DNA of 63,963 nucleotides, counting the filler, from Folioceros fuciformis (Eukaryota): NCBI GenBank assembly GCA_049999805.1. It is 9 parts of 9 records of this genome, joined end to end, with 100 filler letters (N's around TTAATTAATTAA, not from the genome) between each part and the next. Parts side by side here need not be neighbours in the genome. Positions count along the whole stretch, not along the records: positions 10,720 to 25,968 come from JBNGIO010004205.1; positions 26,069 to 30,065 come from JBNGIO010004207.1; positions 30,166 to 38,826 come from JBNGIO010004208.1; 6 more parts are not named here. One strand, written 5' to 3'. The notes under the pieces were generated by a model that saw only the letters and a list, made by a program, of their open reading frames with translations, did no database searches and was not told the DNA's origin. This document shows positions 23,434 to 36,699 of this stretch, piece by piece; positions within the stretch are counted from its first letter, which is position 1; each line of letters begins with the position of its first letter. The position numbers and the translations under genes were made by a program.

Positions 23434-25349
23434 TACTTTAACTCCAGATGTAGTTAGGTGTACTAAAGTTTCTTGATTAACAACTCCTTGCTTATCAAGC
23501 CAAAAGTTTGTTATGAAATTAGCTCTTGAAATTAGGTCTTGTTTTAAGATAGAGAGTCCTACTTCAAACCTTAAATAGCTTGAGTTTGCATATGACGGGC
23601 AGCTTTATATGTAGGCCAATACGAATACTAAAATAGTAATTTTGTAATATCAGTCCTAGAAAAGAAGATGAGGGATTTTATCTATTTTAGAAGTATTAAA
23701 TATTTTGTTTAGTTTAAGCAATATATATTTTGAGGATAATATATCCCACGTGCGAGAGCTGGTACCTTTATAGAAGAACCGATACCACACAAGCTACAAC
23801 ATCGAACAACAAGGGAGGCCTGGACATGATCTACAAAACATGTCTAGGAGCGGTCCTATGGATAGGCTAAGAGTGCTACACATAGGACCTCTACCTATAC
23901 ATAGCAGCGCGCGGCAGCCTTGTGCTTGTTCGATATGGATGGATGCAAGGCTGGGGTCAAGCTGACCCTGGAACCGGAATGGGAGCCTTGGCTTCGGCAC
24001 CTCATTGGGCTGCCCACCTCCAGCTGTTCCTGGCATTTCCTCTCGCCCTCACCGTGAGATGGCTAGATTTGGCGTACGAGCATGGAGAAATTCTGCATCG
24101 CCGACGGGCTGGCAGGGAGGCGGGTGCCAGCTCGTCCCTGGACATGGCGTTTGGAGTTTTGCTTTCATGACTGACGACATTTGACCTGAGAACTTCGTTC
24201 TCCTGGCTAAGCGGTCAGTGCGGGAGTGTGAGCCTCAGGGGTTAATGGATTGCTGCTAAATCGTTTTGGTTTCCAGTTGAAGGAGCGGTGGTGTTGGAAT
24301 CACAACCCAATCCTCCACACTGAAATTCAAACTGCCCATCCCCATTCTCCCCGGCACAGCAGCTCAGCGACTGTGCTTGTTCCGTTTGCGATCAGTTTGT
24401 GACTTTCAAGAGCGAGAAGAACGCTTTGTCAGAAAAGACGCACACGATTGCGGGCAGGTGAAGCTACAGTTGTGGTGGGTCTCCAAGGGCGTGGTGGTAT
24501 ATTTGGAAGTATGCGTCTGCGAGAAGGTTGCCAAGGCTTTTGGAATCTCCCACCTTAAAGTGCGCTCGAGCCACCATGGTGCTCGACACCATCAGGTCCC
24601 ATCCTGCAAATCCATCCTTAGTGACCGTCCGTGTAAGGTGCCGTTCAAAGACACCCATTTCAACAGAATTACAACATCCTACCCACCCGCTGAATGTCTC
24701 CATCGGAACTGCAAAAATCCAACTTACCCACGTCCAACGAAATTTCTTGCAAAATCCTGGATGCACCAATGGAACTCGGCTCCCCGGGAGGCGCCGGGCC
24801 GCAGTGCAAGGCCCTGCACGCACCAATGGAACTTGGCGCCCCGAGGATTTATGCCACATCGGAGGAGGGCCTCAAGTGGCCGTGACGACACGTGTGACAT
24901 TGAACCTTCGAGATTATGGTTCCCGCTTTGTACCTAGCTAGGGACACCATGGTGCAGTGTTCACGACGGAACCCCGCTCGTAGTGCCAGTATGAGCCCAC
25001 GTCTGTGCACCAGTAATACGGTAATATGTAAATCGCTCGACGAGTTTAGGAGCCGGCGTCGGGAATCGCACATCTGTTCTATCGGGCGTTCTCGGCAGGA
25101 TCCGCTAGGTAGGTGGTAGAGGCAACCGTGGGGACGGATTCGGTTGGCAAGTGGGCGCGCCGAGATTGTGGACGAAGGACACGTTAAAGGTCGTAGAGAT
25201 GGGGACGCAAGCGAGGGGACGGAATGGCAAACAAGCGGCCGCCGAGCTTGTGGACGGCTCCACGAGAGGTAGGGCGCACGCTGACGGGATGCTTCGGACT
25301 GGGCCGCATATGAAAGGAGTGCAGGAAGCGAGCCAGGACGAGGCCATGT

Positions 25350-25520
25350 GAAGCGGTCGGGGTCGGGCCACACCGTCGGGTCTCGCCCGATGCCGTAGAT
25401 GTTTACGATGACGGCGGTGCGTTCGGGGATGCGGTATCCGGCCACCTCCGTTTCCACCAGGTTGAAATGCGGGGGGAAGATGCGGGGGGATGACCCCGGG
25501 CGGTGCAGCCGCCACGCCAA
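25350..25520 (-). pseudogene. Isolated cytochrome P450 (CYP71-clan-like) fragment
   Basis: WRLH..PH...VAGYRIPERTAVIVNIYGIGRDPTVWPDPDRF, covering post-ExxR to pre-PERF only. Very GC-rich; no heme motif nearby. Confidence 0.75.
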
Positions 25521-26068
25521 CCCATCAGGCCTTACGAATCCGGCCTTGTGTTCCTAAGTAAAGGTGAACCAAGTGGGATCCTAAGGTATCCAATGCATCA
25601 AGCTTGGTACGAAGGTGAGGTAAAGAGTGTAGGTTATACCAGTCTACAACCAACAAAATCATTTCCACCAGTGTTGTGCATTTCCACCAATGTTGTGCAA
25701 TCTTGCATCGCAAAGTGCTTAAGAATATTTTCAAGAAAATGAAATTGGAGTATTGTCTAACACAAATATGCTAGCAGACTGAAAGCCTCAGTCTAGACAA
25801 GCATACTAGGTATAGGAAGATGCTTGGCTTCAGGGATTAGTTTGGATATGTTGTCAACATATCGAAATTGGAGTGGTTATCAGGAGTTGAGCAACCTCTA
25901 TTTACATGGACACTAAACAAACGGCTCTATGACCACTAAGCAGACCGCTCTATCACCATATTGGATGANNNNNNNNNNNNNNNNNNNNNNNNNNNNNNNN
26001 NNNNNNNNNNNNTTAATTAATTAANNNNNNNNNNNNNNNNNNNNNNNNNNNNNNNNNNNNNNNNNNNN

Positions 26069-26469
26069 GCTCTAGCTAGGGCATGGCCTCCATGGCCATT
26101 CATGCCAGCCAAGCAATCAGCCAGCCTATCGTCAGACCCTGACATACCCAGATACCCGTTCCTATGTTCAAACCATTATTTTATTATTAATCATTTAATA
26201 TTATATATCTTTAATTAATATTAAACTAATCACCAGACCTAGACTCAAACTTTCCCGACCCTATGGCTTGGTACCGAACCTAAACCTTCCCAGGTCTGGG
26301 AGCAAACCTATACCCACTCTTATAACCAAACCAACTATTTCCTGGTCAATTAACCTAATTAGCACAAAGAAAAATAGGAAAAATAAGTTGAAAAAGAAAC
26401 CCAAACCATACCACTATTAACCCTTTTTCAACCAAAACAAACTACTATCCCAAACTTTGGAGGTTCACA
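26069..26469. mobile_element. LTR fragment ending ...ccaaactttggaggttcaca
   Basis: Same terminus at ~36460-36693, and reverse-complemented (TGTGAACCTCCAAAGTTTGG) at ~45597. Confidence 0.75.
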
Positions 26470-26629
26470 ATTGTCCTTACAGCCAATCCAACGGCTCATT
26501 CGCCGAAGTAAACTATGGCATGCTGGTTAATCTGAAGACTTGGCTTCACTACTACTTTACCCTAGTCCATCCAATTTGGTCGGACTCCGGAAAATGACTT
26601 TGGTGCAATATCGGAGTAGAGCTCTAATA

Positions 26630-27020
26630 TATTTTTGAGGCTAACAAGACTCAAGGGGCAATGGGCAAGGACTTTTCAAGGTTCATCAAAGAGTGTGCAA
26701 AGGTTTTTCAAAGTCATAGGAATAGTGTTTTTCCTCTTTCCTTTGTGGTGGCTTTCTTTTGACAACGCATATGCATTGCTTTGCAAAGAGCATTAGCTAA
26801 TGCCAGTTTTAGAACAGTAACAAGCATAGGTCAAGTGGCTTCTTCAACATTGGTGGTAGGTAGGTCTTTTTTTATTCCATATTATGACATTTTTTGAGTA
26901 GTAAGTAGTTTTTGAGAATGATGTTCAACGGGGCTAGTACCCCGTTTGGCCTTGGGCCCTACTCAGGTTGTTCCTCTTAATTTTTGAGTAGATAGGACTT
27001 TCTATCTCTTTTTCAATAAT
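26630..27020 (+). mobile_element. CRE-clade non-LTR element: end of restriction-like endonuclease and 3' UTR
   Basis: TQGAMGKDFSRFIKEC...FF*QRICIALQRALA resembles the ET-G...QRxSxALQR end of RLE-type elements. Further 3' copies at 2632-2830 and (reverse) ~28935-29060. Confidence 0.6.
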
Positions 27021-27113
27021 AGAAAATACTCTCTTATCTATAAAGAGTGATAATGGATATTGACTATAGTTGTTGATATATTTAAATACATGATAGCAAT
27101 ATTTTGCTTCTAG

Positions 27114-27895
27114 GTTGCTGAAACAATTCTTGGAGATTATTTGCCACGCAATATAACATCATCTAATATTGCTTCAAACTCATTCTACAATCGAATAAAC
27201 AAAAGAATATCTTCCAATATTATAGCTTATGATGAGTTGGATGAAACATTAACAAAAAATAATAATGTTTTGTGCAAAGAATCAGATACAACATTCACAC
27301 ATGCATCTCTTGGTGTTGTGCCTTTATTTCCGACAATTGTGCAAGCTAATCAAAATAATGACCTGCCATTGAGTCTCTTATTTGGAACGGCAAGTAAAGA
27401 AGACTCAATTATTATGGTATCAGATATTGCTCATGGAACTCCTTTGAAAGAATCCATTCTACACAGCAAGCTTCAATCAGCAATGAAACCCACAGAAAGT
27501 ATATCAGCAACTATTATAGCTACTGTTAAACATTTACCTCAAAGCCAATTGCATGACTACCCTACGTCTATTACATCGACTTCTTACTCAAAATTTGATG
27601 AGAAAAGGAAAACAAAAGCATTTACAATATGCTATCATAGACTTTGGACCACTTTGCTTATGTATAGTAAAATTATGAAATTGAAGAAAGCACTAGATAG
27701 CAAAGCATGGGTTTCAATAATTATATCAGCTACTTTGATTGCATTATTTATTGATGACTTTACAAAAGCTCTATTACCAAAGGAAGCTGATGTTTATGAA
27801 ACACACTTACTCATCATATGTTTTGTGTTATTTGTTCTGGACATAGTTGCACTTTCTATGCTTCGTGAAGAATATTTTGTAGGTTTTTTTTTCTG
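27114..27895 (+). CDS. Single internal exon of an ion-transport-domain adenylyl cyclase, probably CAPE-like
   Basis: AG acceptor at 27113, GTAAG donor at 27896, 260 open codons ending TLIALFIDDF...D...CFVLFVLDI...YFVGFFFW, the S1-S2 pattern of channel-type cyclases. No catalytic exon is visible. Confidence 0.5.
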
Positions 27896-27921
27896 GTAAG
27901 ATGTCTTTGATGGCATGTTCT

Positions 27922-28045
27922 CTATACAATTATAGGTATATATATGCAATTATAGGTATATATATGTAATTATAGGTATGTATATACAATTATAGGTATA
28001 TATATGTAATTATAGGTATATATATGCAATTATAGGTATATATAA
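27922..28045. repeat. 20-bp AT-rich minisatellite (tatatgcaattataggtata), about 6 copies
   Basis: Direct reading. Confidence 0.9.
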
Positions 28046-29089
28046 TTTATAGTGTTAGACAGATGCATTGTTATGCATCAATGTAAATTTTCTCATTTTC
28101 CTAATATTTTTTTTCATAAACTCTAAATCTGATACTTATATCTCATATGAATTGTGGAAATGAAGACTTGAAAAAGAAAAGAAGATTGGATGAACTCATA
28201 TACCAAGATAGAGGGAATAACTCTTAGAAGGGCATTAAACCATAACAGAATAACCCCTATTGTTGCCCATCTTGTAATTTCATATCATGTTGAGGATGTC
28301 AAAGTTGGGAATAGGAAAGGACTCACCTACTATGAGTGCCAAAGAAGCTGTTTCACTTTGCTCTTCGTAGGTTCCTTCCATACTTTTACTTAAGCTTATA
28401 AATCCAGTTGTTTCACTTTGCTCTTCGTAGGTTCCTTCCATACTTTTACTTAAACTTATAAATCCACCTTTTCTTTCTACACCTACCAAACTGATTTGGA
28501 TCTTGATTAAAATGGCTTGTCAAGTTTTTCTTAGGCCATAAACTAGTCTTTTGATGGCAGAAAGTTGTTATGTTAGCCTAGCCTAACCCTTGCCCAAATC
28601 NNNNNNNNNNNNNNNNNNNNNNNNNNNNNNNNNNNNNNNNNNNNNNNNNNNNNNNNNNNNNNNNNNNNNNNNNNNNNNNNNNNNNNNNNNNNNNNNNNNN
28701 AGCTAGCCCAGCCACTTTATGTGGAGTGCACAAGTTTCCTTAAATTAAAGGTTGATGTAAATCAATTAAATATAAATAAATTTTAAATATTTATTTATAT
28801 TTTCAAGAATAACTTAAAACATACATTGTTGTTAAGATTGAAAATAAGCTTTAACTTAAATTTTTCTTAAAGACATGACTCTTCATATAAGGTTGTAATC
28901 CTTATGACAAGTATTTTCAATTATTATGGAAAGTTTCTTCTATTCCAAAAATTGGAGGAACAACCCGAGCAAGACTAGAGGCCAAAGGGGGTAGTAGCCC
29001 CTTCAAACATCATTCTCAAAAACTACCTAATGCCCCCAAAATGTCATGATGTGGAATAACATGACTGGGTGTGTGTGGAGTGATTTCTT

Positions 29090-29790
29090 GCACCCAAGAA
29101 CCACCAAAGGGGCCACACATCCCCTTATTGTCGTTGCAAACTTATGATTCGCTCCTAAGGGAGTGAACTTGTGCCAAGGGACACTACCTATCACACTTCT
29201 ACCTATCAGCCGGTCTATAGGCCTGACCATACCCACAGAACAAGGAGGCCAGAAGCCTAGCCTATCCTCAAATCAGCTCACAACAACTCACACTCCAAAT
29301 CTTCAGTCCTTCAGCTCCTCATGATTCCCACTTCAGTCCTTTCCTCTTCACTCCAACTCTTCCTCTCCTTGCCTCAGCTATTCCCTGGAAATTGGAACAC
29401 AACGGCTTCACTCCTTGCAGCCTTCAAGCATAGTGTGGATACTAGAACTGGATAGCCCTCCAGGCTCACGGTCCTGTCCCTTCACTCCAGCTAACTTGCG
29501 AATCATTCAGCCCTTGCGGATCCAGCCACACGGATCTTGACAGTCTTGAGATCTCCACGTTCCCCTAGTGGCAAGGGAAATCAGGACCTCGATTTAGTCT
29601 CAACCGGCTCAGCGCCCTAAGCCAGGAGTTCTACACACAAGGTCCAGGGACATCACACCGTAGACCCCCCCTCTCAATGGCAGGTCTCCCCTCTTATACT
29701 GCCTAGCCCTCATCTCTGTCTACTAGGGTTAACCTGAGTCAACTACCTAACCATCTCTCTCTCTAACCTAAACCATCCTACATCCAGTTC
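29090..29790. mobile_element. Probable LTR / LTR-adjacent repeat, related to ~50685-50930
   Basis: Shared ccaagaaccac...attgtcgttgca...aagggagtgaact; non-coding. Confidence 0.5.
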
Positions 29791-30065
29791 TGACCTAAAC
29801 CTGACCTAAGTATGACCTATCTTGACCTAATCTAGGTCTACCCTAACCTGGATCTGACCTAAACCTAACCTAGGTATGACCTAAACCTAACCTAGGTCTA
29901 CCCTAACCTGGATCTGACCTAAACCTAACCTAGGTATGACCTAAACCTAACCTAGGTATGACCTAAACCTAACCTAGGTATGACCTAAACCTAACCTAGG
30001 TATGACCTAAACCTAACCTAGGTATGACCTAAACCTAACCTAGGTATGACCTAAACCTAACCTAG
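29790..30065. repeat. 22-bp satellite (atgacctaaacctaacctaggt) running into the scaffold end
   Basis: Direct reading; copies become more uniform toward the end. Confidence 0.92.
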
Positions 30066-30165
30066 NNNNNNNNNNNNNNNNNNNNNNNNNNNNNNNNNNN
30101 NNNNNNNNNTTAATTAATTAANNNNNNNNNNNNNNNNNNNNNNNNNNNNNNNNNNNNNNNNNNNN

Positions 30166-33100
30166 CAAGTCAACTCGACATCCCAAGCCATGTTGGCAAA
30201 ACGCCTTACACATAGTGATCCTCAGCTCTTGTGGCATTCAAGGCTTGAACTTCACGAAGATGAAACGGATGACAGAGCAGGAGTTGTACAACCGTGAGAA
30301 ACTTGACTGGAAGGTTACTGACACACATGTATTATGTGGTGCTTGCATCCATAGTAAGATGGTCAAAAAGAAGCCTAAGAAGAGTGAACATGACTGTGCA
30401 TCTGACTTATTGGAAATGGTCCATACGGATCTTTGTGGACCGATGTCAACACCATCCCTTGGTGGTTCCCTTTACTTCATGGCTGTTATTGATGATTACA
30501 GTAGATACACTATCACATATTTCTTGCGGCAGAAGAATGAGGCCTTAGAGAAGTTTCAACAATATGTTGACTTCTCTCAACGACAAACTGGGAAAACTCT
30601 CAAGGTGCTCAGGACTGATAATGGGGGCGAATTTATTAGTGGTGATTTTCAATCATACTGTCGTTCTCTTGGCATTGCCCGTCAGCTGACCTCCCCACAC
30701 ACATCTAGCCAAAACCCATTGGCAAAGGCAAAGAACAGATACCTCTAAGAAGCAACCAAGGCCATACTTTATCAGTCCGGTTTATCCAAGCCATTTTGAG
30801 CTGATGCAGTACAAATTGCCACATATGTGCAAAACTGTTTGCCCACTTCTTCCTTCATAAGTGCTACCCCATATGAGCGGTGGACTGGTCGTAAACCATC
30901 CATTTCACATCTGAAAATTTTTGGCAGCCGTGTGTACATGCACATCCCAAAGACCCAAGGGAGGAAGCTAGATTACCAAGCTCGTGCTATGACCTTTATT
31001 AGATACACTGAGGGTATCAAAGGGTATAAGGTTTATGACCCTAACTCCGGCCATGTCACTCATAACTGTGTTGGCATTTTTGATGAGAACAGCTTATTGG
31101 TTGCGGCTTGTGCTAGAGAGGGGGGCCGACAGGATGTGATGTCTGACTTTCAAGTTACTGAACTCCAAAGCGATAGTGATTCTGAACTTGAGCAAATAAT
31201 CCACGTGCAAGTCAGCCACAAGTACCTCCACCACAAAGCCCCAAGCCATACCTCAGCTCCTGGCCTAAATCCACCACCACAAGTTGACACTGATGCTGGT
31301 GACACATTTGAGGCCAATGCAAGTGAGGGTGAAGCTCAAACCAATGTGCCAACACAACCTGAACTTGGTCAGCCTGCTATGCTTAGGAGGTCAGCAAGAC
31401 ACCATACAAGCTCTCCCCTGGAATGGAGTCAAGTGCCGCTTGCCATGGAAGGGCACATATGACCTAATGCAAATATGAATGCCATGCTCGCTCAAATACT
31501 CATAGCAGCCCAAGACCTAGGTGAACCAGCATCCCACAAAGAAGCCATAAACTCATCGGAGAAGGAGCAGTGGCAAGCAGCGATCAAATCAGAGTTTGAT
31601 TCCCTCATTGAGAACGAGACTTGGGAATTAGTTGATCTACCCCAAGGAAGGAGGCCGATTTCAAACAAATGGGTGTTCAAGAGGAACTCAACCCTTATGG
31701 CAGCACAGCTAGGTTCAAAGCTAGACTAGTGGTGCGTGGATTCTCCCAAAGAGAAGGGATAGACTACAATGAGACCTTCTCTCCTGTTGTGTGTGCGTCA
31801 TCATTAAGGACACTCATGGCTATCGCAGCTCAAGAAGGTTATCACATCCACCAGATGGATGTACAAACGGCATTCCTTAATGGCCTCCTTGAAGAAGAGG
31901 TATACATGATGCAGCCTGAAGGCTATATTGATGCCAAGCACCCAAGCAAGGCTTGTAGGCTGAAGAAAACCCAGTATGGCCTCAAACAATCGAATCGTGG
32001 GTGGAACTTGAGGTTGCACACATATCTTGTAAGGAGAGGGTTTAAGCAATCAGATGCTAATGGCAGTGTCTATGTATATAAGAAGAAAGGGCAGACTGCC
32101 TACCTAGCGGTGTACGTCGATGACACAATCATATTTGGGTCTGATGATGGCATGATAAAAGAGGTAAAAGGCATCCTGTCATGAAAATTCAAAATGACGG
32201 ATTTAGGCCCTTGCAAATTCTTCCTAGGTGTCCAAGCACTCATGAACCCAGTGACGGGAAGCATATTTCTCCACCAGCAGCATTATGTGAACAGATTACT
32301 TGAGAAGTTCAACATGCAAAATGCGAAGCCAGCAGCACCTCCAGCCGCAGTGGGGGCTACCTTGACACAAGATCAATGTCCCAAGACACCTACTGAGCAG
32401 AAGGAGATGGAGAATACACCATACAGAGTTCTTGTAGGGTGTTTGCTATGGCTGAGTGGCTGGACTAGACCAGATATTGCCCATGCGACATCAATTGCCT
32501 CACAATTCTTAGCCAACCCATGACAGCAGCATTGGATAGTTGCTAAGCGCGTCCTCAGGTACTTGAAAGGCACATCTGACCTAGGACTTTTGTACAGCAA
32601 GAAAGGGGCTGATGGAAGGACTTGGATGGAATGCAAGACAGACTCTGATTGGGCTGGTGATAAGGACTCACGTAGGTCCATATTTGCATATTGTATTAAG
32701 GTGTGTGGCGACCTCGTTAGCTGGTCCTCAAAGAAGCAAACAGTGGTTGCACTATCATCTACGGAGGCCGAATATGCGGCAATCACAACTACAGCTCAAG
32801 GAGTTATGCACTTACGGAATTTCTTGGAAACTCTAGGTCACCAGTAGTTGGAGCCGACGCCAATGTACTGCGATAATCAGTCTGCCATTGCTATAGCCAG
32901 GAATCCCATCTCACATGCTCGTACGAGACATGTGGAGGTGAAGCAACATTTCATAAGAAATGCGATTGCCAACAAGACAATCAGTCTCAGCTACATCCCC
33001 ATAGATGACAATACAACTGATTTACTGACCAAGGCTTTAGCAAAAGAAAAACATAACTTGCATGTTGTTGGACTTGGCTTGAGACACAGGTGTGACATTG

Positions 33101-33485
33101 AAGCCGAGAAGAAAGAAAATGAAGTGATCAAGAAAATTGGTGGCGACTGACGGCTGCGACTAAGTGGGGGTGCAAAGTGAAGCGTAGGAATAGTCTAGCG
33201 TCAGCTAGTCAACAACTAGGTTAAGTTAAATAAGTTTTAGCTAGGGCTAGATAGCCTAATGTGAAAAGACACATAATCACAAAATACCTAACCACCATAG
33301 TGTATGGCATAAGACACAAGACATTGCTTTTGTTATTCACTACTGCACACGATCATTATCAATGTAAGATGCTTCTCTTGTTTTTGTATTCGCTTCTGCC
33401 TCTGCTCTCAATCCCTGTAGCTGCTTATTCAATTGTTAGAATAAAGTTGTTGCATGTTGTTGCAAAAAAGGCCACTTTTGTAACA
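30166..33485 (+). mobile_element. Ty1/Copia pol (integrase, RT, RNase H) with PPT and 3' LTR, decayed
   Basis: VHTDLCGP, RTDNGGEF, QMDVQTAFLNG, YVDD, DSDWAGD, SSTEAEY, CDNQSA; purine tract before TG at ~33170; LTR ends tgtaaca; several stops and frameshifts. Confidence 0.95.
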
Positions 33486-35299
33486 TGGTTATTAACTGTT
33501 AGCACAAAATTTTCATGTTTGGAGTCGCATCTACTAATTGGCCTACTGCTTGTGTGCATGTACCTTGGGGTTGAAGGGTCTTGGAATTATTTTTTGTTGC
33601 TTTGTAGTGATGGCCCATAAATGTTAGTTCTAAGATGGAGTTTGATGATAAATGTGTTAGCCTCAAGTTAAACATTAGAGAGGTGGCTACAAATGTTTTG
33701 TTTTAGAGAGAACTTGAGAGGGAATGTTGAAGTGCTAGATACAGGCCTTTAGAAAGACGACTAAAGATGGGAGAAGGTTGATAGAGGATGGTTGGTTTTT
33801 TTTTTTTTTTTTTTTGCAAACTTATTTGACAGAGGGACTTGAGGTGAAGAGGTACTTAAGCAAAGAAGATTGTGGGTGAGATTTATGTTGCAAAGATGAA
33901 GAAGGTAATAAAAGCTTGGTGTAAAGGAAGTTGAGTGGTGAGCTTGTTAGAAGAATCACATTGAGATCTACAAGGTTTGAGAGGTGGAGATAACTAGGAT
34001 TCAATGGTGAATTGGCATGTCCAAAACAAAACAAAAAGCAAAAACAGTTAAGAGTGGTTAGGGTTTTCCAAAAGCGGGAGAATTGTGAGGGAGGCGCGCA
34101 GCGGCGGGAGCTGTGATCATGGCAGGCAAGAATAGGGAGCAGGAAAAAGGCGCGGGATCTTCTAAGGTGCAACCAAGAAGATGTACCAAGACTAGACCTA
34201 GTGAAAACAGTCAAATTAACCAGCAAAACCAAGAAACACGGGAGAAGTTTGGAGAAAATGAGCACAATGAGGGGCTGCAACTATGAAAGAGGCAAAAGGT
34301 GCGAGATCTTCCAAGGCGCAACCAAGAAGATGTGCAAAGGATAGACCGAGTGAAAACAGATAAATCAGCCAGCAGAAACAAGAAAAATGGGAGAATTTTG
34401 GAGAAAACGAGCGGAGTGAAGGGTTGCGGCTATGGCAGGCAAGAGAAAGGACAAGGCAAGTTCTGCAGGGTCTTCTAGGGTTCAAGTTGGTGGGCGCGTC
34501 GAAGATAGCTCCGAGGTTTCGTCAGCATGCAGGATTACCAAGGCTCAGCTTCTCCAACAATACCAGGAGCAAGCTACTAAGTTGGAGCAGCTCAAGGAGA
34601 TCACTGACCTTGTCTTGGAGTGGTTGAAGGATGCTGTAACTCACATTTGTGGGACGCCCGTTCTTACTCCACCTTTGGGGCTTGGTCACTTGTAGGGTCT
34701 GGGAGCAAGAGGCAATTCAGGCCAAGAAAGTTCGAAGGAGGTGTTGGATGCCCAGGCAACCAAAGGGGTGGACAACGGGAAGACAAAGGTCAAGAGGAGA
34801 AAAAACCCTTTGAGACGATAGGGGTTGGGAGGATCGGATCTGCAAGTACGTGCGGGAGAAGGCACAGGCAAGCCGTGTGAGGGAGAGATGGCAGGCGTGC
34901 TTCTTACCAAATGACAGGATCAAGAAAGGGCAGAGGAGGCAGCAAGAAAGGGAGCGAACATGGGCGCAAGCGCATTTTCAGCCAAAAAAAAAAAAAAGCT
35001 TGAGAAGGAGTCAAAATTGACAAGAAGGGAAGCGGGCGCGAGCACGAGTGTGTCCCCAGGAGAGGAGTTTGAGGGGGAGCCAAAACCACCAAGAAAGGAA
35101 GCATGCGCGAGCACAAGCGCATTTTTAGCAGGGGAGTAAGAGGAGCAATCAAAATCAACAAGGAAGTGAGTGTGGGCGCACCTTCAGCGGCGAACAAGGT
35201 GGAGGAGGAAGGAGGAGGAAGGAGCGCCCGTGGGTGAGCCAACAAAGGATCAAGTAGAATCTTTGGGCAGTGTGGAGGCAAAACCCCGGGCACTAACTG

Positions 35300-36693
35300 C
35301 CGACGGGTTCCACCTTTAGTGGCCACACTTATCCCACTGTCGTTNNNNNNNNNNNNNNNNNNNNNNNNNNNNNNNNNNNNNNNNNNNNNNNNNNNNNNNN
35401 NNNNNNNNNNNNNNNNNNNNNNNNNNNNNNNNNNNNNNNNNNNNTGCCGACGGGTTCCACCTTTAGTGGCCACACTTATCCCACTGTCGTTGCGACATTG
35501 GGTTCTGTTCCCACGAAGGAGCGATGGGGTTCCTTGCTGCTGTGGATGGAGGGTGGGACTCAATCGACTCGATGATGGATTCGAGGGCTCCCCTCCAGCT
35601 TTGATCAGGCGTAGGACATGCCTCGTTGTCCAGCAGTCAACTGCACCTCTCTTGGTGCCCACAAACTCACTCCAGTCACTACAACGACCCTAACCTCTCA
35701 GATCTGCGACTTCCCTCACTCACTTCACTCGCTCTCTCACTCCAGCACCAACACTAGCAACTAACAACGACACCACTACCTTCTACACTTCCCTATTGAC
35801 TCCTCCTACCCGGCAAGAGTCACTAGACTAACCCCAAAGAAGAGAAAGAAGGGAACACACTCTCCCCCCCCCTCGAATATCTCCTCCCCACAACCTTACC
35901 AGACGCCATGAAACATGGCTGGCCTACAGCACTTGTCCAAACAGGGAACAAGAGTGGATAGGTCGAGAGAAAGACACATCCTTTACAATCAGAAGCTAGG
36001 GGCAAGCCTCTTCACCCTGGTCATTACACCTTGTGATCCTTGAAGGATCGGAAAGGGAGCCACATGATGAAGGAGAAGAGGAGAGGAGGAGAGGAGAGGA
36101 AGAGAGGAGGAGAGGAGAAAGAGAGGTCTCACAGTGTCTTTCACAGCTCTCACAGTGTCTCTCACAGCTCTCACAGTGTCTCTCACATCTCTCACAGTGT
36201 CTCTCACATCTCTATTGAAAAGGGAGCTCAAGAGGGTATTTATACCCTCTAGAAAATTTCCCAAGGAAGCTTCACAAGAAGCTCACAGGAAGCTATGCAG
36301 GAAGCTTCCTAAAAATTACCTTAAGCTAATCTAAACTAATGATACTTAATTAGTCACTAATCTTAGACTAATTACATTAGCATAATTAAACTAATCACAT
36401 TAGTCTAATTAGACTAATCACATTAGTCTAAGCACATTGGGCTTTAATAACCCAATGGCCCGGTACCGGACCTAAACTTTCCCAAGTCCGGAACCGGACC
36501 TGTACCCACTTTAATAACCAAACCAACTATTTCCTAGTCAATTAACCTAATTAGCACAAAGAGAAATAGAAAAAATGACTAAAAAAATAAAGAAAAATTA
36601 GGAAAAAGAAGTAGAAAAAGAAAACCAAACCATACCACTATTAACCCTTTTTCAACCAAAACAAACTACTCCCCCAAACTTTGGAGGTTCACA
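35300..36693. mobile_element. LTR-type insertion with 21-bp ctctcacagtgt repeats; partial inverted relative at ~37226-37510
   Basis: Ends ...ggaggttcaca like 26469; 37230-37400 is a reverse-complement match to ~36230-36455. Confidence 0.65.
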
Positions 36694-36699
36694 GGCAGC

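Noticed and set aside
35298-35491. Direct repeats flanking 100-N gaps (also near 40790 and 57410)
   Set aside because: Likely unmerged contig overlaps.
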